Of a stretch of DNA of 56,703 nt, positions 40,464 through 50,385 are shown piece by piece. The translations under genes were made by a program, and so were the position numbers. Under the pieces are notes generated by a model. That model was not told the origin of the DNA and did no database searches. It saw only the letters and a program-made list of their open reading frames with translations. Numbering within the stretch: position 1 is the stretch's first letter; each line of letters begins with the position of its first letter. Source of the DNA: Spirulina sp. (GTDB lineage Bacteria; Cyanobacteriota; Cyanobacteriia; Phormidesmidales; Phormidesmidaceae); the NCBI GenBank assembly GCA_044070495.1, contig JBIPSI010000034.1, forward strand, positions 1 to 56,703, read 5' to 3'.

Positions 40464-40750
40464 GGTATGTATTTCACCCCGAAGCGTTAACTGAGTACGC
40501 TGAAGCTGTTAAATACTACTCCGAACAAAGAGTTGAGATTGCTCAAGCTTTCATCAACGCGATTGAAGATGCCGTCTATCGAATCAGGGAGTCTCCAACC
40601 CGTTACGCAGCCATTGCTGAAGATGTTCGACGATGTATGGCGCGGAGGTTTCCCTATGGTGTGCTCTACACCATTGAGGAAGACTACATTTTGATTGTGG
40701 CTATTATGCATTGCAGTCGAGAGCCTGGATACTGGAAAAATCGCAATTGA
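40460..40750 (+). CDS. RelE/ParE family type II toxin
   Basis: FHPEA..EY.EA..YY, RRFPYGVLY, IVAIMH.SREPGYW; ATGA overlap with the antitoxin. Confidence 0.9.
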   Translation: MRYVFHPEALTEYAEAVKYYSEQRVEIAQAFINAIEDAVYRIRESPTRYAAIAEDVRRCMARRFPYGVLYTIEEDYILIVAIMHCSREPGYWKNRN

Positions 40751-40800
40751 CAATTTGAATTGTCGTAGAGAGTAGCCTTGAGATACTGAGAGAGGTAGCG

Positions 40801-41010
40801 ATGACGGAATTACTTGAGCGTGCAATCGCCCGGTTGCAAACCTTGCCAGAAAGCGAACAGGACGCAATCGCATCCATCATCCTAGACGAAATTGAGGATG
40901 AACGCCGTTGGGATGAAGCCTTTGCCCGTTCTCCAGACATCCTGGCACAACTCGCCGCTTCAGCCATGAAGAATGGGCTTGCAAACTTTGGAACACCATC
41001 CATGTTCTAG
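40801..41010 (+). pseudogene. Probable C-terminally truncated antitoxin-like protein, no cognate toxin downstream
   Basis: MTELLERAIARL.TLPESEQDAIA..IL.EIEDE.RWD..FA.S resembles a common cyanobacterial antitoxin; the tail after ASAM looks unrelated. Confidence 0.55.
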
Positions 41011-41016
41011 CAAATG

Positions 41017-42393
41017 CTAGGCGGCGTAGGTGGGTCGCCGGGGCCAGGTGGCGTGGATGCGGGTGGGACGAACTGCCATGCATTGGTCGGCACTGAGGCT
41101 CTGTTGACAGGCGGTTTTGTCTGCCGGGGTGAGGTCGCTGTATTGCACATCGCGCCGCAGAATCAGGCCGTTGTGGCTGACCAGGAAGCGGGGCAGGATA
41201 GTGTCATCCACGGTTTGCAAAGTGGTGATGTCGTAGGTGGTGTAGGTGGTGAGGGCAGGGTCGGCAAAGTCGATGTCGATGACGGTGAGTGCCTTCCAGG
41301 GGGGGGCGGTGCCGTCAATGAGGGCACGGGGGCCAGAGCCAAGCAACCCGGCGTGGAGCAGTTGCAGGTTGCCCCGGTGGGCGGGGTAGTAGGCGTGCTG
41401 GTGGCCGCTGATTAGGGTGTGGACATTGTGACGTTCGAGGATTTCTTGCAGTTTGGGGGCATTGGCCAACACTTCTCCGGGTTGGTCGCGCCGCTGGGCC
41501 ACCCCATAGAGGGGCAGGTGGCTGAGTACCATCCGCGCCCTAGCCGACTGGGCGGCTTCGCTGGAGAGGGCGGATTCTACCCAGGCCAGCTTGTCGGCGG
41601 GAATTTGGCTGGAGGAACCATCCCAGGCCATAAAAAACACCCCGTTTTGCTCGAAGGTGTAGAAGAAGGGAAAGTCGGTGCGGTCGATGAAGTTCACCCC
41701 CGGATCGTGGGCGGGGGCGTTCCAGTAGGCCGAGGCTAAATCCCGTTCCTGCTGAAAAATGAACTGATTATTTTGGCCCCTAGCGCTAGAGGCATCGTGG
41801 TTGCCCAGGGTGAAGCCGTAGGGGATGCCCATTTCCCGCAGGGGATTGGCCACATGGTCATCAAAGGCTTGCCACATGGCGTTGACCTGATCCACCGTAA
41901 GGGTTTGCTTTTGCCCCGCCACCATATCGCCGCTGCACACCACCGCATCCGGCTGCCAAAAGGGCATCAGGGCAATGGCTTTGTCCACTTCGGGGTCGTA
42001 GTCGGTGGAACCATAGGCGCTGTTGAGGTCGCTAATCACCACCAGGCGCACATCCTTGCGGGGTGGGTTATACAAGCCCTCCGGCCCAGCACTGGCGATG
42101 ATGGCCTGAGCCTCCGCCAACAGCACCGGGGCTTCCGTCGGTGTGGCATCATCCGCCCATGCCGCACTATCTGCGACCCCATTATCTGCAACCCCATCCA
42201 GAGCCGATCCCCCCTCACGGGCCGAATCGGGGCTAACTTCCGCCGTTGCACCCGTTTCTGGGGTAGCCGGATCCGCCGATAACAGCACCCGCTGGGAACA
42301 GGCCAAACAAATCGCCAAAATTAGCCCCAGGCTAAGACCCGTGACGAAGCGTTGAACGTGGGGAGACATCGGACGGGAGAAGGTGGGGCGCAT
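41017..42393 (-). CDS. Secreted calcineurin-like metallophosphoesterase
   Basis: ISDLN, SGDMVAG, LGNHD, HLP, SGHQHAY; N-terminal signal/lipobox; start uncertain (42423, 42393 or 42369). Confidence 0.88.
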   Translation of the reverse strand: MRPTFSRPMSPHVQRFVTGLSLGLILAICLACSQRVLLSADPATPETGATAEVSPDSAREGGSALDGVADNGVADSAAWADDATPTEAPVLLAEAQAIIASAGPEGLYNPPRKDVRLVVISDLNSAYGSTDYDPEVDKAIALMPFWQPDAVVCSGDMVAGQKQTLTVDQVNAMWQAFDDHVANPLREMGIPYGFTLGNHDASSARGQNNQFIFQQERDLASAYWNAPAHDPGVNFIDRTDFPFFYTFEQNGVFFMAWDGSSSQIPADKLAWVESALSSEAAQSARARMVLSHLPLYGVAQRRDQPGEVLANAPKLQEILERHNVHTLISGHQHAYYPAHRGNLQLLHAGLLGSGPRALIDGTAPPWKALTVIDIDFADPALTTYTTYDITTLQTVDDTILPRFLVSHNGLILRRDVQYSDLTPADKTACQQSLSADQCMAVRPTRIHATWPRRPTYAA

Positions 42394-42517
42394 GGTGTTG
42401 TGCTTAAGTGGAGTCTTGTTCAATCCGTGGAGCCAAGTAGAAAACCATCCCAGGGATAAACTTACCCCACAGGTTGACCTTTGTGGGGCGGTGGGAGACA
42501 GAATTCAGAAGGTAGCG

Positions 42518-42545
42518 GTTGGGGCGCACTGCGGTGCGCCCGTAC
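42518..42545. repeat. REP-like palindrome
   Basis: GTTGGGGCGCAC-TGCG-GTGCGCCCGTAC. Confidence 0.6.
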
Positions 42546-42558
42546 GGGGATTCTGTTT

Positions 42559-43359
42559 TTAAGGCTTTTCAGAACGACGGAGGTTTTCTAGGGCCGTCAC
42601 GTAGCTGGGAGTGGCTTCGTCGGCGATGGCGCAGGCGGTTTTGTCTACGGCCAGGAGGTTGTCGCCCCAAATCACCTGGCCGATGGGGATGCCTTCGCCC
42701 CGGTCGGGTTGCCAGTCGCGGCTGACGAATTTTTGGGTGCAATCCACCACGCCGCCGTGGAAAAACTGGCCCAGGGTGCAATACACATCCTGGAGCACCA
42801 GGGGCACCGAGGGCCGGTGCAGTTGCCCTCGCGAGTTGGGGCTGCGAGCCTTATATTTCTCCCTGGGAAAGAGGCCGTAGAGGTTTTTCAGGGAAGCGGA
42901 AATCAGCGCTTCGCCTTTTAATTGGGTGCGCTTGAAGGCGCTGACCGAAATGCAGCCATCCACCTCTTGCAGCAACTTTGGTGCCCACAGGGTCTTGAAC
43001 CGTACCGGATTGGGGGACGGGTTAGGGTACTCCACACAGTCCAACTGATCGGCATCCAGCAGGCGCATTCCCTCATCCAGCAGGGCATGAACCCCGTTCT
43101 TGGCCATGATGGCCTCAAAGGACACCTTAGAGCACACCCCTTCCACAATCAGGATTTCCGCCTGGGGATTGTGGTGCCGTAACCCCGCCAGCACCCGACC
43201 CAGCACCGCCATGCTCACCGTCACTGGAGGCCCCACGGGATAGCCCAGGTTGGGTTTAACCACAATCCGCCGCCCCCCTTGCAGCGAGGTCGGCGGTATA
43301 TAGGCAAACTCCGCCGTAGGAGTCGTCTGTACCGAAGTGGTCACAGGGGATCGGGGCAT
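42559..43359 (-). CDS. DUF362 domain protein
   Basis: IVVKPNL, SLKNLYG, LH, D.LAVD. Confidence 0.85.
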   Translation of the reverse strand: MPRSPVTTSVQTTPTAEFAYIPPTSLQGGRRIVVKPNLGYPVGPPVTVSMAVLGRVLAGLRHHNPQAEILIVEGVCSKVSFEAIMAKNGVHALLDEGMRLLDADQLDCVEYPNPSPNPVRFKTLWAPKLLQEVDGCISVSAFKRTQLKGEALISASLKNLYGLFPREKYKARSPNSRGQLHRPSVPLVLQDVYCTLGQFFHGGVVDCTQKFVSRDWQPDRGEGIPIGQVIWGDNLLAVDKTACAIADEATPSYVTALENLRRSEKP

Positions 43360-43395
43360 GGCAACGCTGGAATGACGGGGGATGAGAGACTGACG

Positions 43396-44316
43396 TTACG
43401 GTTCAACCACAGGATGAGCCGCTAACCACGCGGTCAACTCATCCCCATCGGCCAAATCCAGCACCACATCCAACAGCCCCTCCAACTGTGGCAGCGACAA
43501 CCCCTGAATCTGGATTACCTGATCCTCTGGCAATGGCCCCAATCGTCGCACCAGTAACCGGATCAAGGTTGCCGCCTCTCCTTTTTGCGTACCAATTTGT
43601 TCCCCCTCTTCACGGCCTTCTTCACGACCTTCTTCACGGCCTTCTTCACGGCCTTCTTCGCGGCCTTCTTGGAAGACCTCCTGGTAGAAGCGGGTTTGCC
43701 GAATATCCTCGATGGTTAAATCCAGCATGGCCAGAATCTCCTGGGTGGTGAATTGGGGAAATCTGTTGATTAGTATAGCTTCCAGGCTATCGAGGATGGA
43801 TTGAAAGGCCGTTTCCCCTTGGGTTCTAGCCTGCTGGAGTACCTGCTTGGCGGCATCAGGTAAAGACACGTCTGGCAGCACAATTAACCGGAGTAGCGCT
43901 AGGGAGAGCGGTAAATCCGTGGCTTCCCGCAGGTCGTTGAGGTACAGCCGCTGCACTTGGTGGTTGAGCAACGTGGCGTAGGGCACCTCGCAGCCCAAGT
44001 TTTGTTGCTGGGAACGCAGAATCAGCAACCCTCGCCATGGCCGTTCAATCTGGTATTGATACAGATAGAGGTGAGTTTCTGCGAAGTAGCGCCCATAAAA
44101 TCGCGGGTCGGCCTGCATTTGGGCCTCGATGAAAATCACGGGCACCGCAGGATCATCGGTCAGCGGCATCAGCAACCCATCGAGGCGAAACTCGCTTTCC
44201 TTCACCACAGGCGCGACGTATTCAAACTGGCAATCGGCGGGTAGCCCAGGGATCAATTCCGCCAACAGAGCGGGCTGGGCCAGGAAAATTTGGTAGTAGA
44301 GCTTATCGGTTTTCAT
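43396..44316 (-). CDS. Rpn family (DUF2887) nuclease, copy 2; close paralog of 18233-19150
   Basis: Near-identical N-terminal about 200 aa; longer EEGR tract (about 43609-43668). Confidence 0.9.
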   Translation of the reverse strand: MKTDKLYYQIFLAQPALLAELIPGLPADCQFEYVAPVVKESEFRLDGLLMPLTDDPAVPVIFIEAQMQADPRFYGRYFAETHLYLYQYQIERPWRGLLILRSQQQNLGCEVPYATLLNHQVQRLYLNDLREATDLPLSLALLRLIVLPDVSLPDAAKQVLQQARTQGETAFQSILDSLEAILINRFPQFTTQEILAMLDLTIEDIRQTRFYQEVFQEGREEGREEGREEGREEGREEGEQIGTQKGEAATLIRLLVRRLGPLPEDQVIQIQGLSLPQLEGLLDVVLDLADGDELTAWLAAHPVVEP

Positions 44317-44414
44317 CAGACCTGAGGCGACTTCTCATCATGGTTTACCCGATCATCGCCCAAGGGTATCGCGATACTCCTGAAGCACCGCTTCGAGAGG
44401 CTGTTCCGCCGATC

Positions 44415-44480
44415 AGATCCCAGGGTTCTTGACCTGATCGATGCTGTGACAACAGTTCCAAAACCAGAACCCTGGGATCT
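44415..44480. repeat. 15-bp perfect inverted repeat downstream of purL
   Basis: AGATCCCAGGGTTCT (44415-44429) / AGAACCCTGGGATCT (44466-44480). Confidence 0.7.
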
Positions 44481-44494
44481 CGTTACAACAATGG

Positions 44495-46870
44495 CTAGGC
44501 GGCTAGGCGTTCGGCGATGGCACGGCTCCAAATGTCTGCCAGTTGGGCTACGGTGTCGGCGATTAGGGGTTTGCCGTCTTGGGTGGTGAGGGTTAACGTG
44601 TCGCCCTGGACGGTGCCAAGGGGTTGCCAGTAACCTGCGAGGTTTTCCGACAAGTAGGCTTCCCAGGCCGCTTGGTGCTCAGGGCTGACGGATACCAGAA
44701 TCCGGGCACCGCCTTCGCCAAACAGCGCTCGATCCCAGCGCAGATCGGTCTGATGAGAGTCCAAAGGCACCGTTACCGCCGCGCCCAGTTGGCCACTGAT
44801 GCAGGATTCCGCCAAGGCAACAGCTAAGCCACCTTCGGCGGAATCGTGGGCGGAGCGCACCCAGCCATGGGCAATGCCGTGGCGGCAAGCAGCCTGTACC
44901 CGTTTTTCTAGGGCCATATCAACAACAGGGGGATGTCCGGTGGCTTGCCCCTGTACCACCATCAGGTATTCCGAGCCGCCCAAGGTGACAAAGGGACGGT
45001 CGTTCACAGTAGCCGTTGCCGTGTTTTCGAGGGTGACGCCTAATAAATAGATGCGGTCGCCCGCCGATTTCCAGCCCTGGCCACAGGTGAAGGTGAGGTC
45101 GTCAATTAGCCCCACCATGCCCACAACTGGGGTTGGGTAGATCGGCTGGGGGTTACCCTCACTGTCTACGGTTTCGTTATAGAGCGACACATTGCCGCCA
45201 GTGACGGGGGTTTCAAACTCGCGGCAGGCGTCGGATAGACCCCGGCAGGCTTCCGCCAGTTGCCAATAGCCGATGGGTTTTTCGGGGCTACCAAAGTTGA
45301 GGTTATCCGTCACCGCTAGGGGCAGAGCACCAACGCAGCTTAGGTTACGGGCGGCTTCGGCGACGGCGGCTTTGGCCCCTTCGTAGGGGTTGAGGTACAC
45401 GTAGCGGGCGTTGCAGTCCACGGTGGCGGCTAGCCCTCGCACCACCGCACCGGGTTGATAACCGGGCACGGATTCTAGCGGACGCAGCCGAATTACCGCC
45501 GCATCGCCTTGGCCGGGGCATTGCACGGTGTTGTTTTGCACCTGGTGGTCGTACTGACGGTAGACCCACTGCTTGGAGGCGATGGTGGGCTGGCTCAAAA
45601 GCTGATGCAGAATGGCGGTCCAGGCAGTTTCTCCGGTGGTGTTGACTAGCCCTGATGCGGTGGCGGTGGGCAGGCTGTCTTCGCTCCAATCCCAGGCGGC
45701 TTGGGCATAGACGGGGGGGGTCGGCAGCAGTTCTCGGTGGTAGATGGGGGTGTTTTCCGCCAGGGCCAGGGCCGGAATTTCGGCGGCGACTTCGCCCTGA
45801 AACAGAATCCGCACGATGGGTTCTTCGATTACCGTACCCGCTACCACGGCATGGAGACCCCAGCGTTCAAAGACTTCAATCACCTCGGCTTCTCGCCCCG
45901 CCGCCACCACAAACAGCATCCGCTCCTGGGATTCGGACAGCAGATATTCGTAGGGCACCATGCCCGTTTCGCGCACGGGGATGAGGTCGAGGTCTAGCTC
46001 AATGCCGACGCCGCCCTTGGCCGCCATTTCGGAGGTGGAGCAGGTGATCCCCGCTGCCCCCATGTCTTGGGCGGCGACGATGGCCCCGGTTTTGAAGGCT
46101 TCCAAACAGGCTTCGACCAGGGATTTTTCTAAAAACGGATCACCCACCTGCACCGCCGGACGGTCGGCCTCGGATTCGTCGGTGAGTTCGGCACTGGCAA
46201 AGCTGGCCCCGCCCATGCCGTCGCGCCCGGTGGTGGAACCGACGTACAGAACAGGATTGCCCCGCCCCGCCGCCCCAGATTTCACAATATCCGGCGTTTC
46301 CATGATGCCGATGGCCATAGCGTTGACCAAGGGGTTGCCGTTGTAGGCGGCATCAAAATAGACCTCGCCGCCCACCGTGGGCACGCCAAAGCAGTTGCCA
46401 TAGTGGGAAATCCCCGCCACCACGCCCTGGCACAGCCGCCGAGTACGGCTATCGGCCAAATCGCCAAACCGCAGAGAGTTCAGTACCGCAATCGGTCGCG
46501 CCCCCATGGTGAAAATATCACGCAGAATGCCGCCCACCCCCGTCGCCGCCCCCTGGAACGGCTCCACCGCCGACGGGTGATTGTGGGACTCAATCTTAAA
46601 GGCCACCCGCAGGCCATCGCCCGCGTCAATGATGCCCGCATTTTCCCCTGGCCCCACCAGCACCCGTGGCCCCTCGGTGGGGAACTGCTTCAGCAGCGGG
46701 CGCGAGTTCTTGTAGCAACAGTGCTCCGACCACATCACCCCAAACATGCCCAGTTCGGCCCGGTTGGGATGGCGACCCAGGCGGTCCACAATCTCGTCGT
46801 ACTCTTCCGGCTTGATGCCCTCGGAGGCAATTTCTTCGGGGCTGAAGGGGGCAGTGGCGTAGGCAGTCAT
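44495..46870 (-). CDS. purL: Phosphoribosylformylglycinamidine synthase subunit PurL
   Basis: [53 protein letters not shown]. Confidence 0.97.
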   Translation of the reverse strand: MTAYATAPFSPEEIASEGIKPEEYDEIVDRLGRHPNRAELGMFGVMWSEHCCYKNSRPLLKQFPTEGPRVLVGPGENAGIIDAGDGLRVAFKIESHNHPSAVEPFQGAATGVGGILRDIFTMGARPIAVLNSLRFGDLADSRTRRLCQGVVAGISHYGNCFGVPTVGGEVYFDAAYNGNPLVNAMAIGIMETPDIVKSGAAGRGNPVLYVGSTTGRDGMGGASFASAELTDESEADRPAVQVGDPFLEKSLVEACLEAFKTGAIVAAQDMGAAGITCSTSEMAAKGGVGIELDLDLIPVRETGMVPYEYLLSESQERMLFVVAAGREAEVIEVFERWGLHAVVAGTVIEEPIVRILFQGEVAAEIPALALAENTPIYHRELLPTPPVYAQAAWDWSEDSLPTATASGLVNTTGETAWTAILHQLLSQPTIASKQWVYRQYDHQVQNNTVQCPGQGDAAVIRLRPLESVPGYQPGAVVRGLAATVDCNARYVYLNPYEGAKAAVAEAARNLSCVGALPLAVTDNLNFGSPEKPIGYWQLAEACRGLSDACREFETPVTGGNVSLYNETVDSEGNPQPIYPTPVVGMVGLIDDLTFTCGQGWKSAGDRIYLLGVTLENTATATVNDRPFVTLGGSEYLMVVQGQATGHPPVVDMALEKRVQAACRHGIAHGWVRSAHDSAEGGLAVALAESCISGQLGAAVTVPLDSHQTDLRWDRALFGEGGARILVSVSPEHQAAWEAYLSENLAGYWQPLGTVQGDTLTLTTQDGKPLIADTVAQLADIWSRAIAERLAA

Positions 46871-47127
46871 GGCGAGCACTGGAAAAACGACGGTGCTTAC
46901 CGATCTTAGTTCAAATCCATGGGAGAACAGCCCTCTTCCTAGTCTTCGGGGCAGATCCGCCGCCTACACAACGCCTCCATCCTCCGGGGTTGTCGATGGC
47001 TGGTAGCAATGGCTAGCCTTGGGGAACGCTGAGGCTAATTCACTGGTCGCTGCCAAGGTGATGTCGTTCCATCAATTCAATTCGATGCCGTACCCCGACA
47101 TTAGGAAATCGCCCTAGGTAAACACCC

Positions 47128-48255
47128 ATGAACGGACTTGAATTAATCATTATTACCATCGGTCTTTTTGTCCTTGGATTACTTCTAAAGCATCTCTACT
47201 CCCTGAAGCAACAAAGTCGAAAAGCCCAGGCCAAAGCAACCTCCCTAGAAGATGAAGTCACTCGTCTGTGGACAACTCAATCGGAACTGTCCAGTGAGGC
47301 CAAACGGCTTCAGGCAGAGGTGGATCGACTCACGGCAGAAAACCGTACTCTCAAACAACGGACTGACATTCCTCAATCGGCAGAAAGTCCGCAGATCGTT
47401 GACCAACCCTTGATCACTCAATACAGAAATTTAGAGCATCGTTACGATCAGTTAAATCAAAATATTGCCGATGCTGAACGCCAAAAACAAGCCCTAGAGA
47501 CCGAAGTTAACCAGCTTAAGCAAAGCGTTGATCTCTGGCAAGAAGAATATCGTAGAATTGAAGCCCAACACGACGAAATTGTAGATTACGATCAGCGCCT
47601 AAATGCCTATCCCCATTTAATTCAACAACAGGAAGAACTCATTCATAGAATTGATAGCCTAGAGCAGGAAAAGACGGATCTGACAGAACAGCTTTGGCAG
47701 GCTCAAGCTCAGATCGGACGGGATTTACAAGGGCTGCATCGGATCAAAATTGTCTCCGCCTGTCGTCATCACAGTGCAGGCAGTCAAGAACTCTTCCACG
47801 CCAAGCTCACCCTAGACTTTAACCGAGTACGCGAATCCCTAGACTTTGCTGAAACGATGTTTGGAGATGTCTTAGAGATTTGGGATTCAGCCCGTATCTC
47901 CGCCGATGCCTCAAACTTTATTCGCCCCGATGATGCCTACCGCGCCCTGCAAAGTCTAGCCTGGTTTGGTCAATATTATTTTGAATGCAATGGAGAGATT
48001 GGCAATACTCACTATCACGTTCTTAAGACTAACTATAACCTAGACTGCACGCCAGAAAGTATAACCGTACAGAATTCTAAAAAATTGAGAAGTGAGCGCT
48101 GCTTCTGGCATGGTCATCAACGCAAGGAAATGTTTGATCACCTCAAAATTGGCGGTGGCAATGGTATGAATAGTATTCTACGTATCTACTTTTCTATCAA
48201 CAGCGAGAGCCAAAAAATTGAAGTCGGCCACTGTGGTAAACATCTGTCTAACTAA
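47128..48255 (+). CDS. Hypothetical: N-terminal TM, long coiled coil, C-terminal globular domain with RelE-like tail
   Basis: 375-aa ORF, AT-richer than neighbours; ends HLKIG...LRIYF...IEVGHCGKHL. Confidence 0.75.
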   Translation: MNGLELIIITIGLFVLGLLLKHLYSLKQQSRKAQAKATSLEDEVTRLWTTQSELSSEAKRLQAEVDRLTAENRTLKQRTDIPQSAESPQIVDQPLITQYRNLEHRYDQLNQNIADAERQKQALETEVNQLKQSVDLWQEEYRRIEAQHDEIVDYDQRLNAYPHLIQQQEELIHRIDSLEQEKTDLTEQLWQAQAQIGRDLQGLHRIKIVSACRHHSAGSQELFHAKLTLDFNRVRESLDFAETMFGDVLEIWDSARISADASNFIRPDDAYRALQSLAWFGQYYFECNGEIGNTHYHVLKTNYNLDCTPESITVQNSKKLRSERCFWHGHQRKEMFDHLKIGGGNGMNSILRIYFSINSESQKIEVGHCGKHLSN

Positions 48256-48353
48256 TCGCTAGGTATTAAGCTTACGCTAAGCAGCCATAGCCATTTTTTT
48301 CGGTTTTTGCAAGAGTACGACGAACGCTGACTCCATAGCCTAATGAACTGAGA

Positions 48354-49433
48354 CTAAGGCTGATCTGAGTGGGCAAACCAGGCGCGGTTGCGGTGCCTAG
48401 CATCTTGCCAGCAGACGTTGGCCAAGATCGTGGGTTGCGAATCTGGGACAAATCGGGTGTGCTTGAGGCTGGATCGGGCAAAGGTGCTGCCCGTCAAGTT
48501 AGCCCCACTAAAGCGGGTGCCGCCTAGGGTGGTGAACCAAAGCCCCCAGTCTCGCAGTCGGCTGGGTTGTTGGGTACTCTGACCCAGCCAACGATAGGTA
48601 TAGATACAAAGAAAGGGCATGATGCCAAACATTACCCCAGTCACCAGCATCACGATCTCTAGGGGAACAACCCTATCGCTAGCGAGCTGAAACGAGTCCT
48701 CTGCTCCCAGCACCACGCCACTCAGGCCAGTCAAGATAATCAATAGGCTATCCATCCAATCCCCCATCTCAACAACGTTGTCTTGGGGATCCGCCGCCCC
48801 CATGCCCGCAGCGGCAATCAGCCAGACCATAAAGAATACAACCATCGCCCGATCTAGGCTCAAAAGGGCATTCAGCACCGAGACCGCCGTTGCACCGTTT
48901 TCTAGCAGCATCAACGTCATCAATAGGGCGATGGGAAACGATATAGCCGCCGCCATCAGAAGGTTTCCGGCATTATCGCCCGCCACCCACAGGGCCAAAC
49001 GGAGCACCAGATTTGCCGCTAAAAGCAGCCCCACCGGAATAATCACGATCAAGCCCAGGACGATGACCCCCAGCACCGTTTGCGGATCAAACTGGCCCAG
49101 GATCGTCCCAGCTAGAGGCATCGCCATGGCTGTGGAGAGAAAGCCAATCGCCGCCACTAGCGCCAGCACCAGGAGTAGTTTTAGCCCTCCCCAAAGCTGC
49201 GGCAAACCGCCCTGGGCATGGCTAAAATTTGCGTTTTGCAGCGTCGCCCGTGCAAAGTTAGCGCCGCGAATGTCGGTATAACTAAAGTCGGCCTGGGATA
49301 GGATTTGTTCTTGCAGGTTGGCCCCTCGCAAAATCGCCCCGGCGAAATTGCGCTGGCCCTCGGCATAGAGTTGGGCCACGGTTCGACCCCGGAGGCGTTT
49401 ACCCTGGTGTGGGCCACGGACAACGGCACTCAT
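48354..49433 (-). CDS. Pentapeptide-repeat membrane protein
   Basis: A.L/F.. pentapeptide tracts flanking a multi-TM core; GAGG RBS. Confidence 0.85.
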   Translation of the reverse strand: MSAVVRGPHQGKRLRGRTVAQLYAEGQRNFAGAILRGANLQEQILSQADFSYTDIRGANFARATLQNANFSHAQGGLPQLWGGLKLLLVLALVAAIGFLSTAMAMPLAGTILGQFDPQTVLGVIVLGLIVIIPVGLLLAANLVLRLALWVAGDNAGNLLMAAAISFPIALLMTLMLLENGATAVSVLNALLSLDRAMVVFFMVWLIAAAGMGAADPQDNVVEMGDWMDSLLIILTGLSGVVLGAEDSFQLASDRVVPLEIVMLVTGVMFGIMPFLCIYTYRWLGQSTQQPSRLRDWGLWFTTLGGTRFSGANLTGSTFARSSLKHTRFVPDSQPTILANVCWQDARHRNRAWFAHSDQP

Positions 49434-49552
49434 ATCAAGTCCTCTAGATGCCTTAGGCCCTCAGTTTAGCTAAAACCCCAAGGGCAAGACCTTTGGCCGC
49501 TGCGACGATGAGAACCACGGTGACGGTACTGGGGGTGCTTGCATCAGGCTCA

Positions 49553-49683
49553 GAGGGCGCTTGAAAAGGGTTGCCTCAGGTGCGTTTGATCGTTAAATCG
49601 GCGCAAATCTACGGAATTTTTGACGGCTGAGGCTAACCTCATCGGTATAGCTTGGGACACACTTCGGCTTTTCAAACGTCCTC
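49553..49683. mobile_element. MITE with IS5-like ends, TCA target duplication
   Basis: TIRs GAGGGCGCTTGAAAAG / CTTTTCAAACGTCCTC; TCA at 49550-49552 and 49684-49686; same end family as 7344-7495. Confidence 0.78.
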
Positions 49684-49722
49684 TCAGGCAGGGTGGCAGG
49701 CGCTTCGGGAATTGAAGCTAAT

Positions 49723-50196
49723 TTAATAGGTGGTTTTGTCGGGCTTGTTGGCCCATTCCTCAAAGGCGGCTAGGGCTTCGGCTTGCATCATCGGTTCCAT
49801 GGAGATTTGGCGCTGATCACGGGGTTTAGCCAGTTCGTCGTAGATGGTTTGACTGTTGAAGTCGTAGGCGGCGGCGGTTGCGACGGTGTTGCCATAGTAA
49901 ACCCGATCTAACCTAGCCCAGTAGGCGGCGGCCATACACATGGGGCAGGGTTCGCAACTGGTGTAGAGGTCGCACCCTTCGAGCTTCCAGGTGTTGAGGG
50001 TTTTGCAGGCATCCCAGATGGCGGCGATTTCGGCGTGGTGGGTGGGGTCGTTACGGGAGGTGACTTCGTTCATGCCGCGCCCGATAACCTGTCCATCTTT
50101 GACCACCACGGCACCGTAGGGGCCACCCTTGCCCGAACGCATGGCCTCAAAGGACAGGGCGATGGCTTCGCCCATAAAAGATGCAGGGATGGTCAT
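49723..50196 (-). CDS. Nucleoside/guanine deaminase (cytidine-deaminase fold)
   Basis: GGPYGAVVV, DPT.HAE, EPCPMC; ATG at 50196. Confidence 0.9.
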   Translation of the reverse strand: MTIPASFMGEAIALSFEAMRSGKGGPYGAVVVKDGQVIGRGMNEVTSRNDPTHHAEIAAIWDACKTLNTWKLEGCDLYTSCEPCPMCMAAAYWARLDRVYYGNTVATAAAYDFNSQTIYDELAKPRDQRQISMEPMMQAEALAAFEEWANKPDKTTY

Positions 50197-50385
50197 AGAG
50201 GTCTGCTCCCAGGATGCAACAACGCTACCCAAGGTTTTACCACGACCCAAGACAAGCCAACGAATAACTTCCCCCTTTGCGATCAGAGCCTTGGTGAGAT
50301 AGGGGCTATCCCAAGGATTGAAGACGTTTGTCTTTTGCCAACCAGGGCACCATCATGAGGATGGTGTCCCATTCTCTACTGGATC

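Noticed and set aside
46905..46920. GTTCAAATCC tRNA T-loop-like motif
   Set aside because: No cloverleaf; I found no tRNA gene in the window.
37380..48300. Integron attC-like cores (GCTTAAC near 37515, GTTAGGC near 38556, GTCTAAC near 48246)
   Set aside because: Could not pair them into attC hairpins, and there is no integron integrase in the window.
49526..49556. GGGGGTGCTT...GGCTCAGAG resembling a TPP aptamer 5' half
   Set aside because: The match ends at a MITE junction, there is no 3' half, and the gene context is wrong.
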